From contig JAKSPA010000001.1 of assembly GCA_024405235.1 (NCBI GenBank), forward strand, positions 1-32,182: a stretch of 32,182 nucleotides of DNA. Reading direction: 5' to 3'. A program made the translations under genes and the position numbers. Shown here one piece after another: positions 1 through 8,534 of this stretch (positions within the stretch are counted from its first letter, which is position 1; each line of letters opens with the position of its first letter). The stretch comes from Lentisphaeria bacterium (GTDB taxonomy: Bacteria; Verrucomicrobiota; Lentisphaeria; Oligosphaerales; Oligosphaeraceae). The notes below the pieces were generated by a model. That model was not told the origin of the DNA, did not search any database, and saw only the letters and a list, made by a program, of their open reading frames with translations.

Positions 1-64
1 GCAAGAAATACAAGGCCTGCTGCGGCAAATTCAATTTTGAATAAAACCGCTGCAGTGTTTTCAC

Positions 65-85
65 GCCCGAAGGCGTCCTTCGGGC
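65..85 (+). terminator. GC-rich hairpin that could terminate the upstream off-window gene or be 5'-UTR structure of nadE
   Basis: Perfect 9-bp stem GCCCGAAGG (65-73), loop cgt, CCTTCGGGC (77-85). No U-tract follows on either strand, so it is not a canonical intrinsic terminator. It lies 40 nt upstream of the nadE ATG. Confidence 0.3.
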
Positions 86-125
86 ATTGAACAGAATCTT
101 CGCCTCCACTAAAAAGGATAGAGTT

Positions 126-2009
126 ATGTTCACGGGATTCTACCGCATAGCTGTCGGCGCCGCGAAAGTGCATGTAGCAAATCCGCGCGCTAATGCCTCA
201 GAGTTGCTGAAGCTCTATAGAAAGGCATGCTCGAACAAAGCCGCCGCTCTTGTGACGCCGGAACTTTCGTTGACAGGGGCCACTTGCGGCGACCTAATGC
301 TGCATGTGAAACTGCTTGACGAAGCCATGGATGCGCTCGCATCCCTCGCTGCGGAAACAGAACGCTCTTCCACAATTCTAGTCGTCGGATTGCCGTTGAA
401 GATTCGCTGCGGCCTCTATAATGTTCTGGCGGTTCTGCAGAACGGCGAAATAAAAGGCTTCATACCGAAGGAAAATCTAGTCAATTTCGGCGGCGTTTCG
501 GAATCTCGCGTATTTTGCAGCGCACACGAATTGGGCTGCGACACCGTTAAAATAGGCGTGTCAGAGATTCCAATCGGAACGCATCTGTCTTTCAACGACA
601 CGAACGATCTTGTATTTTCCTGCGTGCATTATTCCGATTTGACTTCTCCGAATTCATACGCCGCTGATTTGGCACTAGGAGGCGCCAACATACTGTTCGT
701 CTCTGGAGCGCAAGCCGCAGGAGCAGGCAGCGCATTGGCGCGCAAGGCGGCTCTTGAAGCCATTTCGGCACAATATTCTTGCGTCTGCGCATTCGCAAAC
801 GCGCCATGTTCGGAATCAACAACGGACATGGTCTTCGATGGACAGCGCATCGTCTGCGAAAACGGCCGCACAATCGCTTCCGGCGAACTATTCGAACGCG
901 ATGAGGCACTCACTTTCACGGAAATCTGCCCCGCATGGATGGACTACAATCGTCGGGCCGCCTCACTCTTCAGCGGCAACCAAATCCACCAGGATGCCGA
1001 ATCCATCGACGTTGAGCAAACAGAAAAAATCACTTCGCTTAAATTCAGAAAATTCCGCAGACTGCCTTTCGTTCCGGAAGACGAAACAGCAAGAGCGGCG
1101 CGTTGTGAAGAAATCCTGAACATTCAGACAGCAGGACTTGCAAAACGCATAGAACATACGCACTCGAAAGCGCTTGTCATCGGTCTCTCTGGCGGCCTTG
1201 ATTCAACGCTGGCGCTGCTCGTATGCGCAAGAGCCTGCGATCTGCTGAAACTGCCGCGCACATTCATCACCGCCGTCACCATGCCTGGCATGGGAATGAC
1301 TTCCAGAACTCACGACAACGCGAAGGATCTCGCGCTTGCGCTCAAGACGGATTTCCGTGAAATTCCAATCGGCGACGCTGTGATACAGCACTTCAAAGAC
1401 ATTGGCCACGATCCTAAAAAACTCGACGTTGTTTACGAAAACTCGCAGGCGCGCGAACGCACGCAGATCCTGATGGATCTCGCCAACGAACGCGGCGGTC
1501 TCGTCGTCGGCACAGGCGATCTCTCTGAAATCGCCCTCGGATGGTCCACCTACAATGGCGACCACATGTCAATGTATGCAGTCAATGCGGACGTCCCCAA
1601 GACGCTTATTCGCTACATAGTGGAGCACTGCGCGCAAAACGCATCGAAGAGAATCGCCGCGATTCTGCGTGACGTCAACGCAACGCCTGTCTCTCCAGAA
1701 CTGCTTCCAGGCGGTTCACAGAAGACTGAGGGCATTCTGGGCAGCTACGATCTTCACGATTTCTTCCTCTACCATTTCATTCGCCACGGCGAAACAAAAG
1801 AGAATCTTCTCGCTCTTGCACGAGCGACATTCGATGCGAAGGAGTTTCCAGACGCAGAGCTCTCACGCGTGCTCGACCTCTTCCTGCGAAGATTCTTCAC
1901 GCAGCAGTTCAAGCGCAACTGTTCGCCTGATGGTCCCAAAGTCGGTTCGGTCGCTCTCTCGCCGCGCGGCGAATGGGTCATGCCCTCCGATGCGGAATCA
2001 TTCATGTAA
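126..2009 (+). CDS. nadE: Glutamine-dependent NAD+ synthetase (N-terminal CN-hydrolase domain plus C-terminal NAD synthase)
   Basis: PP-loop ATP pyrophosphatase motif LVIGLSGGLDSTLALLV is present. The N-terminal half resembles a nitrilase/CN-hydrolase, and the length is typical of long-form NadE. I prefer ATG 126 (MFTGFYRIAVGAAK, preceded by AAGGA at 112-116) over the TTG at 87 used by the ORF track. Confidence 0.93.
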   Translation: MFTGFYRIAVGAAKVHVANPRANASELLKLYRKACSNKAAALVTPELSLTGATCGDLMLHVKLLDEAMDALASLAAETERSSTILVVGLPLKIRCGLYNVLAVLQNGEIKGFIPKENLVNFGGVSESRVFCSAHELGCDTVKIGVSEIPIGTHLSFNDTNDLVFSCVHYSDLTSPNSYAADLALGGANILFVSGAQAAGAGSALARKAALEAISAQYSCVCAFANAPCSESTTDMVFDGQRIVCENGRTIASGELFERDEALTFTEICPAWMDYNRRAASLFSGNQIHQDAESIDVEQTEKITSLKFRKFRRLPFVPEDETARAARCEEILNIQTAGLAKRIEHTHSKALVIGLSGGLDSTLALLVCARACDLLKLPRTFITAVTMPGMGMTSRTHDNAKDLALALKTDFREIPIGDAVIQHFKDIGHDPKKLDVVYENSQARERTQILMDLANERGGLVVGTGDLSEIALGWSTYNGDHMSMYAVNADVPKTLIRYIVEHCAQNASKRIAAILRDVNATPVSPELLPGGSQKTEGILGSYDLHDFFLYHFIRHGETKENLLALARATFDAKEFPDAELSRVLDLFLRRFFTQQFKRNCSPDGPKVGSVALSPRGEWVMPSDAESFM

Positions 2010-2021
2010 ATCATATCTATC

Positions 2022-2594
2022 ATGGACATTCAGGACATAGACAACCTTTCCATCGCCGACCACTTCAGGCAGATTCTTACGAAGGTCGGCGAAGATCCGT
2101 CCCGCGAAGGACTCGTCAAGACTCCAGATCGCGTTCAGAAGGCATTCGAATTCCTCCTGCAGGGATACAATCAGAATCCAGACGACATCGTCGGCGATGC
2201 GATCTTCAACGAAGAGTGCAACCACATGGTGCTCGTGAAGGACATTGAAGTCTATTCGCTCTGCGAACATCATCTCCTGCCCTTCTACGGACGCTGCCAT
2301 ATCGCATACATTCCCAAAGGAAAGGTATTCGGCGTATCCAAATTGGCGCGCATCGTAGATTGCTTTGCTCATCGCCTTCAGATTCAGGAGCGCTTGACGC
2401 AGGAAATCGCCACATACATCAAAGACAAGGTGGATGCGGAAGGCGTCGGCGTCGTGATGGAATGCCATCACCTTTGCATGATGATGCGCGGCGTGCAGAA
2501 ACAGAATTCGCTTATGGTCACTAGTGCTGTTCTAGGCTCATTCAGACGCTCGCAGGCCACGCGAAACGAATTCCTCGAACTGCTTAAACGATAG
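2022..2594 (+). CDS. folE: GTP cyclohydrolase I (short FolE type)
   Basis: Matches the family consensus along its length: [48 protein letters not shown]. At 190 aa it has the typical size. It starts 12 nt after the nadE stop, so it is probably co-transcribed. Confidence 0.95.
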   Translation: MDIQDIDNLSIADHFRQILTKVGEDPSREGLVKTPDRVQKAFEFLLQGYNQNPDDIVGDAIFNEECNHMVLVKDIEVYSLCEHHLLPFYGRCHIAYIPKGKVFGVSKLARIVDCFAHRLQIQERLTQEIATYIKDKVDAEGVGVVMECHHLCMMMRGVQKQNSLMVTSAVLGSFRRSQATRNEFLELLKR

Positions 2595-2610
2595 AGCTGT
2601 ATAAATGAAA

Positions 2611-2631
2611 CCCGCGCTTGATATGCGCGGG
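2611..2631. terminator. Hairpin between convergent folE and the dehydrogenase gene (possible bidirectional terminator)
   Basis: Stem CCCGCGC (2611-2617), loop ttgatat, GCGCGGG (2625-2631). On the minus strand it is followed by a T-rich run (TTTCATTTAT). No T-run follows on the plus strand. Confidence 0.3.
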
Positions 2632-2784
2632 CGTAGAACGAATCGCATCGGGGGGGATGCTATCTGCAACCATGCGATCCAGACGCGTTGCGGAATAGCA
2701 CACGCGAGTGCGGCGCAGAAAATTCACGCGTCTGACGACATTGGAACTATGTCGCCAGACACATTGCCCTCAGCCATTGAATAT

Positions 2785-3759
2785 TTATTCTTTTCGCTTA
2801 CCAACCGAAACATCCTCCGCCGAGACGAGATTCTCCAGCGGAAGTCCCTTCGTGAAGCGAATGAACTCTTCAATTTCGGTTTCGGCCATGCGGTGCGTCT
2901 CGTCGTTGAGGGATCCCGCCAGATGGCTGGAAAGATGCACGTTAGGCATCGTATACAATGGACTTCCGGCGACAGGCGGTTCGGGATAAGTGACATCCGG
3001 CAGCGCTGTCAGATCCTTACGGTCTTTGAGCGCGCGAATCATGCCTGCCTCGTCAACCTGTGCGCCGCGTCCCGTGTTGATGAACGTGGCGTTCTTTCGC
3101 ATTGATCGGAAGAGTTCTTCACTGAATATATTTTCCGTTTCAGGCAGATTCGGCAGATGATTGCTCACGACGTATGCGCTCTTGAATGCTTCCGCAATCT
3201 TCTCCCTAAGATTCGGATCCTTTGTCGGAATCTGAATCACATTGACTGTCAAAACGGCATTCAGAAGCTTTTTCAGATGCGTGGAGACCGCGCCGTTGCC
3301 GACAAGAGCAACCGTCTCGCCGTATGAACCAGGGCCGTAGGGATACTCGTGATGCTTCTCAGGCGCATTGTAATTGCGATTGTCGCGGAAATAGTGCTTC
3401 AGCGAGAGAATGATCTGCGCCAAAGCGAATTCGGCCACAGGCACGCCGTTGGCGCGCCATGCGCTGGACACCAGAATCCCACGTTCCAACAGCTGAGGGG
3501 CAAAGTGATTGGTTGCGCCAGCAGCGTAGAAAACAGCGCGCAATTTAGGCATGCGATCCAACTGTTCGGCTGTAAGAGACGGCATGCCCCATGTGGAAAA
3601 GATCACTTCGACATCGGAGAGGTCAACGGAATCAATGTCCTTGGTGCTAAGCAATTGCGGATAAGCCAACTCAGAAATGGATGCGATGCGCGCTTTCTGC
3701 TCATCCGTATAGACCATCTTGAAGGAACTTGGTGTCTCGCACAGAAAAATCGTCTTCAT
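2785..3759 (-). CDS. D-isomer-specific 2-hydroxyacid dehydrogenase family, NAD(P)-dependent
   Basis: Nucleotide-binding loop VALVGNGAVS. The catalytic-region pattern FINTGRGAQVDEAGMIRAL ... SSHLAG is typical of this family. An AAGGAA ribosome-binding site lies about 8 nt upstream of the ATG. The substrate cannot be assigned. Confidence 0.8.
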   Translation of the reverse strand: MKTIFLCETPSSFKMVYTDEQKARIASISELAYPQLLSTKDIDSVDLSDVEVIFSTWGMPSLTAEQLDRMPKLRAVFYAAGATNHFAPQLLERGILVSSAWRANGVPVAEFALAQIILSLKHYFRDNRNYNAPEKHHEYPYGPGSYGETVALVGNGAVSTHLKKLLNAVLTVNVIQIPTKDPNLREKIAEAFKSAYVVSNHLPNLPETENIFSEELFRSMRKNATFINTGRGAQVDEAGMIRALKDRKDLTALPDVTYPEPPVAGSPLYTMPNVHLSSHLAGSLNDETHRMAETEIEEFIRFTKGLPLENLVSAEDVSVGKRKE

Positions 3760-3803
3760 TGTCGTATTCCTTATTTAATCAACTATGTTTCAACTGTTCA
3801 GTT

Positions 3804-4730
3804 TCAATTGAAACCGAGTTTCCTGAAAGTCTCCACGTAACGCTTGATGGAATATCCGCCCACAGGCGCAAGAAGCTTGCCCGCCCAATTGGTTCCATAA
3901 TCGAAACAGACCTCTGACTGAAATTCCAGCATGCGCGGACATGCAAAGAGTTTCGGCATGATCACGTCCCATTTGACGCAGCCGTCGAATGGCATTCCGT
4001 GCAGATCGCCGTAGCCATTGTTGTCATGAATGTGGCATGTGACCACATAAGGCGCCATCTTGTCAAGTGACGCCGCCTCCTCTACAATTCCTGTCTCCCA
4101 CCAAGAACCAGGCATATATGACTCGTAGAGCGACTGCTGCTTGCCAGGGAATGGCGCAAGAATATTCGCATGGCCTGTATCGTAGCAAAGACCAATCGAA
4201 GGGCTGGACACATAGTCTTTGATGATGTCAAGCACGACATCGGGACTATTCACGCCTTCGAACGAATTCTCAACCGCTATAACTATGCCAAGTTTTTCAG
4301 CAGTCGGCAGAAGCGTCTCAAGAGCGTTCTTCGCCCACGGCACCAATTCCGCCGCTGGAATGCGATCATGCACATAATGACTCGCACCGACGTGCATGGT
4401 GTATGTCTTGCAGCCAAATTCGGCCGCGATTCCCATCGCGCGACGATGCAGATCGAACATGGCCTTCCTGTCTTCCAGATGCGGCGGAATATCAAGATCC
4501 TGCTCCCTGCCATAAGGCGCATGCATTGAATGGAACGTGACGCCGAACTCCTTGGCAATGCCGCGAAGCGTCACCAGCGATTCTGGATTGATGGCGCATT
4601 CATAGGCCAATCCGACAGTGAACACAAACGAGTTTACGCCCCAATCCAGAAATTCTCTGAGAATACTTTTGAAATGCGGATCGTTTGGATACTGGAAAGG
4701 ATAATAGTAGTTGAGAAGGTGACCAGCCAT
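3804..4730 (-). CDS. Sugar phosphate isomerase/epimerase (xylose-isomerase-like TIM barrel)
   Basis: Family-typical metal-ligand contexts: MHVGASH, IAVENSFEG, CYDTGHANI, HIHDNNG. It lies 44 nt upstream of the dehydrogenase gene on the same strand, so the two are a likely operon. Confidence 0.8.
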   Translation of the reverse strand: MAGHLLNYYYPFQYPNDPHFKSILREFLDWGVNSFVFTVGLAYECAINPESLVTLRGIAKEFGVTFHSMHAPYGREQDLDIPPHLEDRKAMFDLHRRAMGIAAEFGCKTYTMHVGASHYVHDRIPAAELVPWAKNALETLLPTAEKLGIVIAVENSFEGVNSPDVVLDIIKDYVSSPSIGLCYDTGHANILAPFPGKQQSLYESYMPGSWWETGIVEEAASLDKMAPYVVTCHIHDNNGYGDLHGMPFDGCVKWDVIMPKLFACPRMLEFQSEVCFDYGTNWAGKLLAPVGGYSIKRYVETFRKLGFN

Positions 4731-4756
4731 TTCAGTTTGAAATTACGTGCTGTTGT

Positions 4757-4789
4757 AAAAAAGGCGCCTGATGACCAACATCAGACGCC
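4757..4789 (-). terminator. Rho-independent terminator of the hydrogenase operon
   Basis: On the minus strand, an 11-position stem (GGCGCCTGATG 4763-4773 paired with CATCAGACGCC 4779-4789, one mismatch) has a 5-nt loop and is followed by U6 (A-run 4757-4762 on plus). It begins 12 nt after the hydA stop. Confidence 0.8.
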
Positions 4790-4800
4790 CTTGTTTCTAA

Positions 4801-6516
4801 TCAGTTTTCGACATGCAGAAGTTCGTGGGACTTATGCGAAAGCGGCTTTTCAAGATAGTCCTTGTAGAGTGCGAGAACCTCTGGATTCTCGTGCGAGAAC
4901 CTTACGGCACTGTCGCCATCGAGTTTCCATAGTCTCCTGCCGCGTGATTCCGCACGCTCTTCGCCTGCATGGATCGGCTGGCCGCCGCCGCCTGCACAGC
5001 CGCCAGGGCAAGCCATTACCTCCACGAAATCGTATTTCGCTTCGCCTGCTTTGACGGCTTCCAGCAGTCTGCGCGTATTCGCCAATCCAGAAACAACCGC
5101 CGTGCGGAGTGTTCCTGCGCCAGGCAGCGCAATCTCGCTCTCCTGCCATGGCTTTCCTGCGACAGGACGATATGCCTTGAAGGCATCCGCTTCGGGATTC
5201 TTTCCGGCCAGAAGATAGTATGCGCTTCTGAGAGCGGCTTCCATGACACCGCCAGTCGCGCCGAAAATCACGGCGGCGCCTGTGCTCTCGCCCAAAGGCG
5301 AATCGAAATTCGCCTCGGGAAGCGTTTCGGCAGATACGTTCAATGTCATCAGCATGCGGCAGAATTCACGTGTCGTCAGCACGACATCGACGTCGGGATC
5401 GCCACAGGCTGAAGACATTCCAGGCAGTTCGCATTCGGCCTTCTTCGCCGAACACGGCATGACCGATACCACGAAGAGCTTGTGCGGATCAATGCCGCGC
5501 TTCTCCGCGAAATAGGACTTCGCCACCGCACCGAACATCTGCTGCGGAGACTTCGCCGTGGAAAGATTGCCGGCGAATTCTGGATACTGCGTCTTCATGA
5601 AACGCACCCAACCAGGGCAGCAGGATGTGAACATCGGCCATGAATGTTTTCCTGCGTCCTTTAAACGCTCGAGAAGCTCGCTGCCCTCCTCCATGATGGT
5701 GAGATCCGCCGCGAAATTCGTATCGAAGACAAAATTGAAGCCAAGCGCCTTGAGTGCAGCCACCATGCGACCGACTGTGCCGATTTCGTCGGAGATGCCG
5801 AGCGCCTCGTTCCATGCTGCACGCACTGCAGGAGCAACTTGAATGACCGTTGTCAGTTCAGTATTCGCCAATGCCGCGAGAACACGATCCGTGTCGTCTC
5901 TGGCGACAAGAGCGCCAGTCGGACAGTGCGTCACGCACTGGCCGCAATACACGCAGTCGCTCTCGGCGACGGGAATGCGTTTGGCGGTATCGACCACCGA
6001 GCGGCAGCCAGTGCCGACGGCATCCCAAACGCCGATGCCCTGAACCTTCTCGCACACTTGAACGCAGCGCATGCACTGCACGCATTTCGAAGCGTCGCGA
6101 ACGATCGGACATGCGTCGGATGAAGCGTTCTTCTCTGGACGGCACTCGAATGCCTCTTCGCGCAGATTGAAATCGCGAACGAGATTCTGCAATTCGCAAT
6201 TGCCGCTGCGAATGCATGTGGTGCATGCAGTGCGATGTCTGGAGAGAATCAACTGAAGATTGACCTTGCGGGCGTTGTAAATGCGTGGCGATTCTGTAAG
6301 AATCTCCATGCCCTCTGAGACCTGCGTCGTGCAGGCAGGAGCAAGACGCTCAATGCCTTTGATTTCAACGATGCAAAGACGGCATGCGCCGATTTCGTTG
6401 AGTTTCTCCAGATAGCACAGATGCGGAATCTTGATGCCATTCTCCTGCGCGGCCTTGAGAATGGTGGTCCCCTCGGCGGCGCTCAGTGCCTTGCCGTTGA
6501 TTGTGAAATTTACCAT
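4801..6516 (-). CDS. hydA: [FeFe]-hydrogenase catalytic subunit (M3-type: 2Fe-2S, His-ligated 4Fe-4S, 2x 4Fe-4S and H-cluster)
   Basis: All three H-cluster signatures are present: FTSCCPGW, VMPCSAKKAE and VEVMACPGGCAGGGGQP. The N-terminus is a plant-type 2Fe-2S ferredoxin fold (MVNFTINGK...IPHLCY...CRLC). Ferredoxin-type CxxCxxCxxxC clusters follow. Confidence 0.95.
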   Translation of the reverse strand: MVNFTINGKALSAAEGTTILKAAQENGIKIPHLCYLEKLNEIGACRLCIVEIKGIERLAPACTTQVSEGMEILTESPRIYNARKVNLQLILSRHRTACTTCIRSGNCELQNLVRDFNLREEAFECRPEKNASSDACPIVRDASKCVQCMRCVQVCEKVQGIGVWDAVGTGCRSVVDTAKRIPVAESDCVYCGQCVTHCPTGALVARDDTDRVLAALANTELTTVIQVAPAVRAAWNEALGISDEIGTVGRMVAALKALGFNFVFDTNFAADLTIMEEGSELLERLKDAGKHSWPMFTSCCPGWVRFMKTQYPEFAGNLSTAKSPQQMFGAVAKSYFAEKRGIDPHKLFVVSVMPCSAKKAECELPGMSSACGDPDVDVVLTTREFCRMLMTLNVSAETLPEANFDSPLGESTGAAVIFGATGGVMEAALRSAYYLLAGKNPEADAFKAYRPVAGKPWQESEIALPGAGTLRTAVVSGLANTRRLLEAVKAGEAKYDFVEVMACPGGCAGGGGQPIHAGEERAESRGRRLWKLDGDSAVRFSHENPEVLALYKDYLEKPLSHKSHELLHVEN

Positions 6517-8351
6517 TTTGCGTACCTCCCGCCCTTGAAATTACCGAATCCGAAGCAATCGCATCTGAGGCAACGTCCCGCCTCTTCGGCAGCCGCCTCG
6601 TCGGAATAGGGACACTCCATGCACTTGAAATCTCCCTTGCGTTCGTCGGCAGGACGCTCTTCCGGATTCACGCGACCATGGCGGCGCAAGTCAGCAAAAC
6701 CTGCCGCAGGCACTGCCACATCCACGCTGATTTCGTGGTGGAAACCAAGATATTCGTCGATATTCGCAGCTGCGACCTTTCCTGCTGCAATCGCTTTGAT
6801 GACGGTTGCGGGACCTGTGACAACGTCGCCGCCCGCGAAAACGCCAGGCATGCCTGCGATTTCAGTGGTCGACTCGCTGGCGAGAATCGATCCGCCGCGT
6901 CCGCATGGAACGCCTTCATTCTCAAAGGCCTTGCTGTCAATGCCCTGGCCAATCGCCACGACAACTATGTCGCATGGAATTCTAATCGGCTCTGCCGCGG
7001 CATCCTTCGGTGCAGGACGGCCGCCCTTGTCGAATTCGCCGATCATCTGCGGTTTCGCCCAGAAGGCGGAAACCTTGCCATTTGCATCCGCTTCGACTTT
7101 CAGCGGCGCGGCAAGCGTCATCACTTCAGCGCCTTCTGCGATTGCGCCGTCGACCTCTTCGCGCTGAGCGGTCATGTCCTCGATGCGTCTGCGATAGACG
7201 CAAGTGACCTTCGTAGCGCCAAGACGCACGGCGGAACGCGTGCAGTCCATCGCGACGTTGCCGCCGCCGACCACAACCACGCGCTTGCCAGTGAAGTCAG
7301 GCATCTCGCCGTCGCCGATGCCGCCGAGAAGCTTGACGGCCGAAATCACGCCGTCCGAATCCTCGCCCTCAATGCGGAGCTTCTTGTCGGTGTGGGCGCC
7401 TATTGACAGGAAAATCGCATCGAATTCCTTTCGGAGATCCGCAAGAGTGTTCGCGCGACCGACGTCGATTCCAGTCTTGACTTCAATGCCAGTGGAAAGG
7501 ATGGATTTGATTTCAGCATCCAGAACCTCTCTGGGGAAACGATAGCTCGGAATGCCGTAGCGCATCATTCCACCAAGCTGCTTGTGGCGCTCGAAAACCG
7601 TGACCTGATGGCCCATCAGCTGCAGGAAATACGCTGCAGTGAGTCCGCCAGGACCGCCGCCGATGACCGCCACGCGTTTGCCAGTGGAAGCGCCGCAGGA
7701 TGGCTGCGGAACGTCGCCGGCCTTGGATACGGCGTAGCGTTTCAGCGCACGGATGTTCACCGAATCGTCCACCATCTTGCGACGGCAGTGCGATTCACAC
7801 GGATGTTCGCAGATGTATGCGCAAGCCACAGGGAAGGGGTTGTCTTTTCTGATGAGGCGAATGGCGTCTGCATTGCGGCCTGCTTTGACAAGCGCGATAT
7901 AGCCTGGAATGTCGACATCCGCAGGACAGAGCGCACGACACGGCAGTGCCTCCTTCTTGCCAACGAGACAATGTCCCGTTGCCGCATGCTCCATGTAGTC
8001 GTCCTTGAATCCGCGCAACGTGAGAAGCACTGCGTTCGCAGCCTCGACGCCGATCGCGCAATCCGCCGAATCGGCAATCGCCGAAGCCGTCGTCTCCAGA
8101 AGCGACACGGTGTCCGCATTGCCCTCGCCATCGAGCAACTGCTCCAGCAGGCGGGCCATGTTCGCCAGACCGATGCGGCACGGGACGCACTTCCCGCAGG
8201 ATTGCGCCTTGGAAAGCGTAAGATAGTTCAGCGCGGCTTCCACAGGACAAAGTCCAGGAGGATAAGCCTCGATACGACGCTGCATGCCTTCATGGAGCTG
8301 TTCCAGAGTGCTCTGCAGTTTGAGGGGGGTCTTCAGTTCTAGTCTGCTCAT
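6510..8351 (-). CDS. Hydrogenase-associated NAD(P)H oxidoreductase: NuoF C-terminal 4Fe-4S module fused to a GltD-like (glutamate synthase small subunit) flavoprotein
   Basis: The N-terminus carries SCGKCVPCRIG, the NuoF-type cluster motif. Next comes a GltD-type Fe-S region (CPADVDIP...CEHPCESHCRR), then two dinucleotide folds, VAVIGGGPGGLTAAYFL and VVVVGGGNVAMDC. A C-terminal Cys cluster is CMEC...CLRCDC. The stop overlaps the hydA start by 7 nt (ATGGTAA). I chose start M17 (MSRLELK, 8351). The ORF track start at 8399 remains possible. Confidence 0.85.
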   Translation of the reverse strand: MSRLELKTPLKLQSTLEQLHEGMQRRIEAYPPGLCPVEAALNYLTLSKAQSCGKCVPCRIGLANMARLLEQLLDGEGNADTVSLLETTASAIADSADCAIGVEAANAVLLTLRGFKDDYMEHAATGHCLVGKKEALPCRALCPADVDIPGYIALVKAGRNADAIRLIRKDNPFPVACAYICEHPCESHCRRKMVDDSVNIRALKRYAVSKAGDVPQPSCGASTGKRVAVIGGGPGGLTAAYFLQLMGHQVTVFERHKQLGGMMRYGIPSYRFPREVLDAEIKSILSTGIEVKTGIDVGRANTLADLRKEFDAIFLSIGAHTDKKLRIEGEDSDGVISAVKLLGGIGDGEMPDFTGKRVVVVGGGNVAMDCTRSAVRLGATKVTCVYRRRIEDMTAQREEVDGAIAEGAEVMTLAAPLKVEADANGKVSAFWAKPQMIGEFDKGGRPAPKDAAAEPIRIPCDIVVVAIGQGIDSKAFENEGVPCGRGGSILASESTTEIAGMPGVFAGGDVVTGPATVIKAIAAGKVAAANIDEYLGFHHEISVDVAVPAAGFADLRRHGRVNPEERPADERKGDFKCMECPYSDEAAAEEAGRCLRCDCFGFGNFKGGRYAKW

Positions 8352-8534
8352 AGGAAATGGTAATGTTCGCCCGCACATGCATGCGCATGCACGAAACATT
8401 ATCTAGAAAAACAACAAAGAGATTGCATTATAAAAACATTTCATAATGTAATCCCTTTGTTATGGACTGTGTATTTTTGTCGTCTTTTGTCTTGTTTTTT
8501 ATTGCCGATTCTGTTGCAAAAAACTATTTTTGCT

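Noticed and set aside
1-40. Possible 3' end of an upstream plus-strand gene (...QEIQGLLRQIQF*, stop at about 38-40).
   Set aside because: Only 12 codons are visible, so nothing can be supported.
55-66. The 12-mer GTGTTTTCACGC occurs upstream of both nadE (55-66) and dsdA (16435-16446).
   Set aside because: Dozens of shared 12-mer pairs are expected by chance in a 32-kb window. The distances to the start codons differ (60 versus 146 nt) and the genes have no functional link.
2650-2656. G7 homopolymer as a possible phase-variation tract.
   Set aside because: It lies between two convergent gene ends, where a length change would affect neither a reading frame nor promoter spacing.
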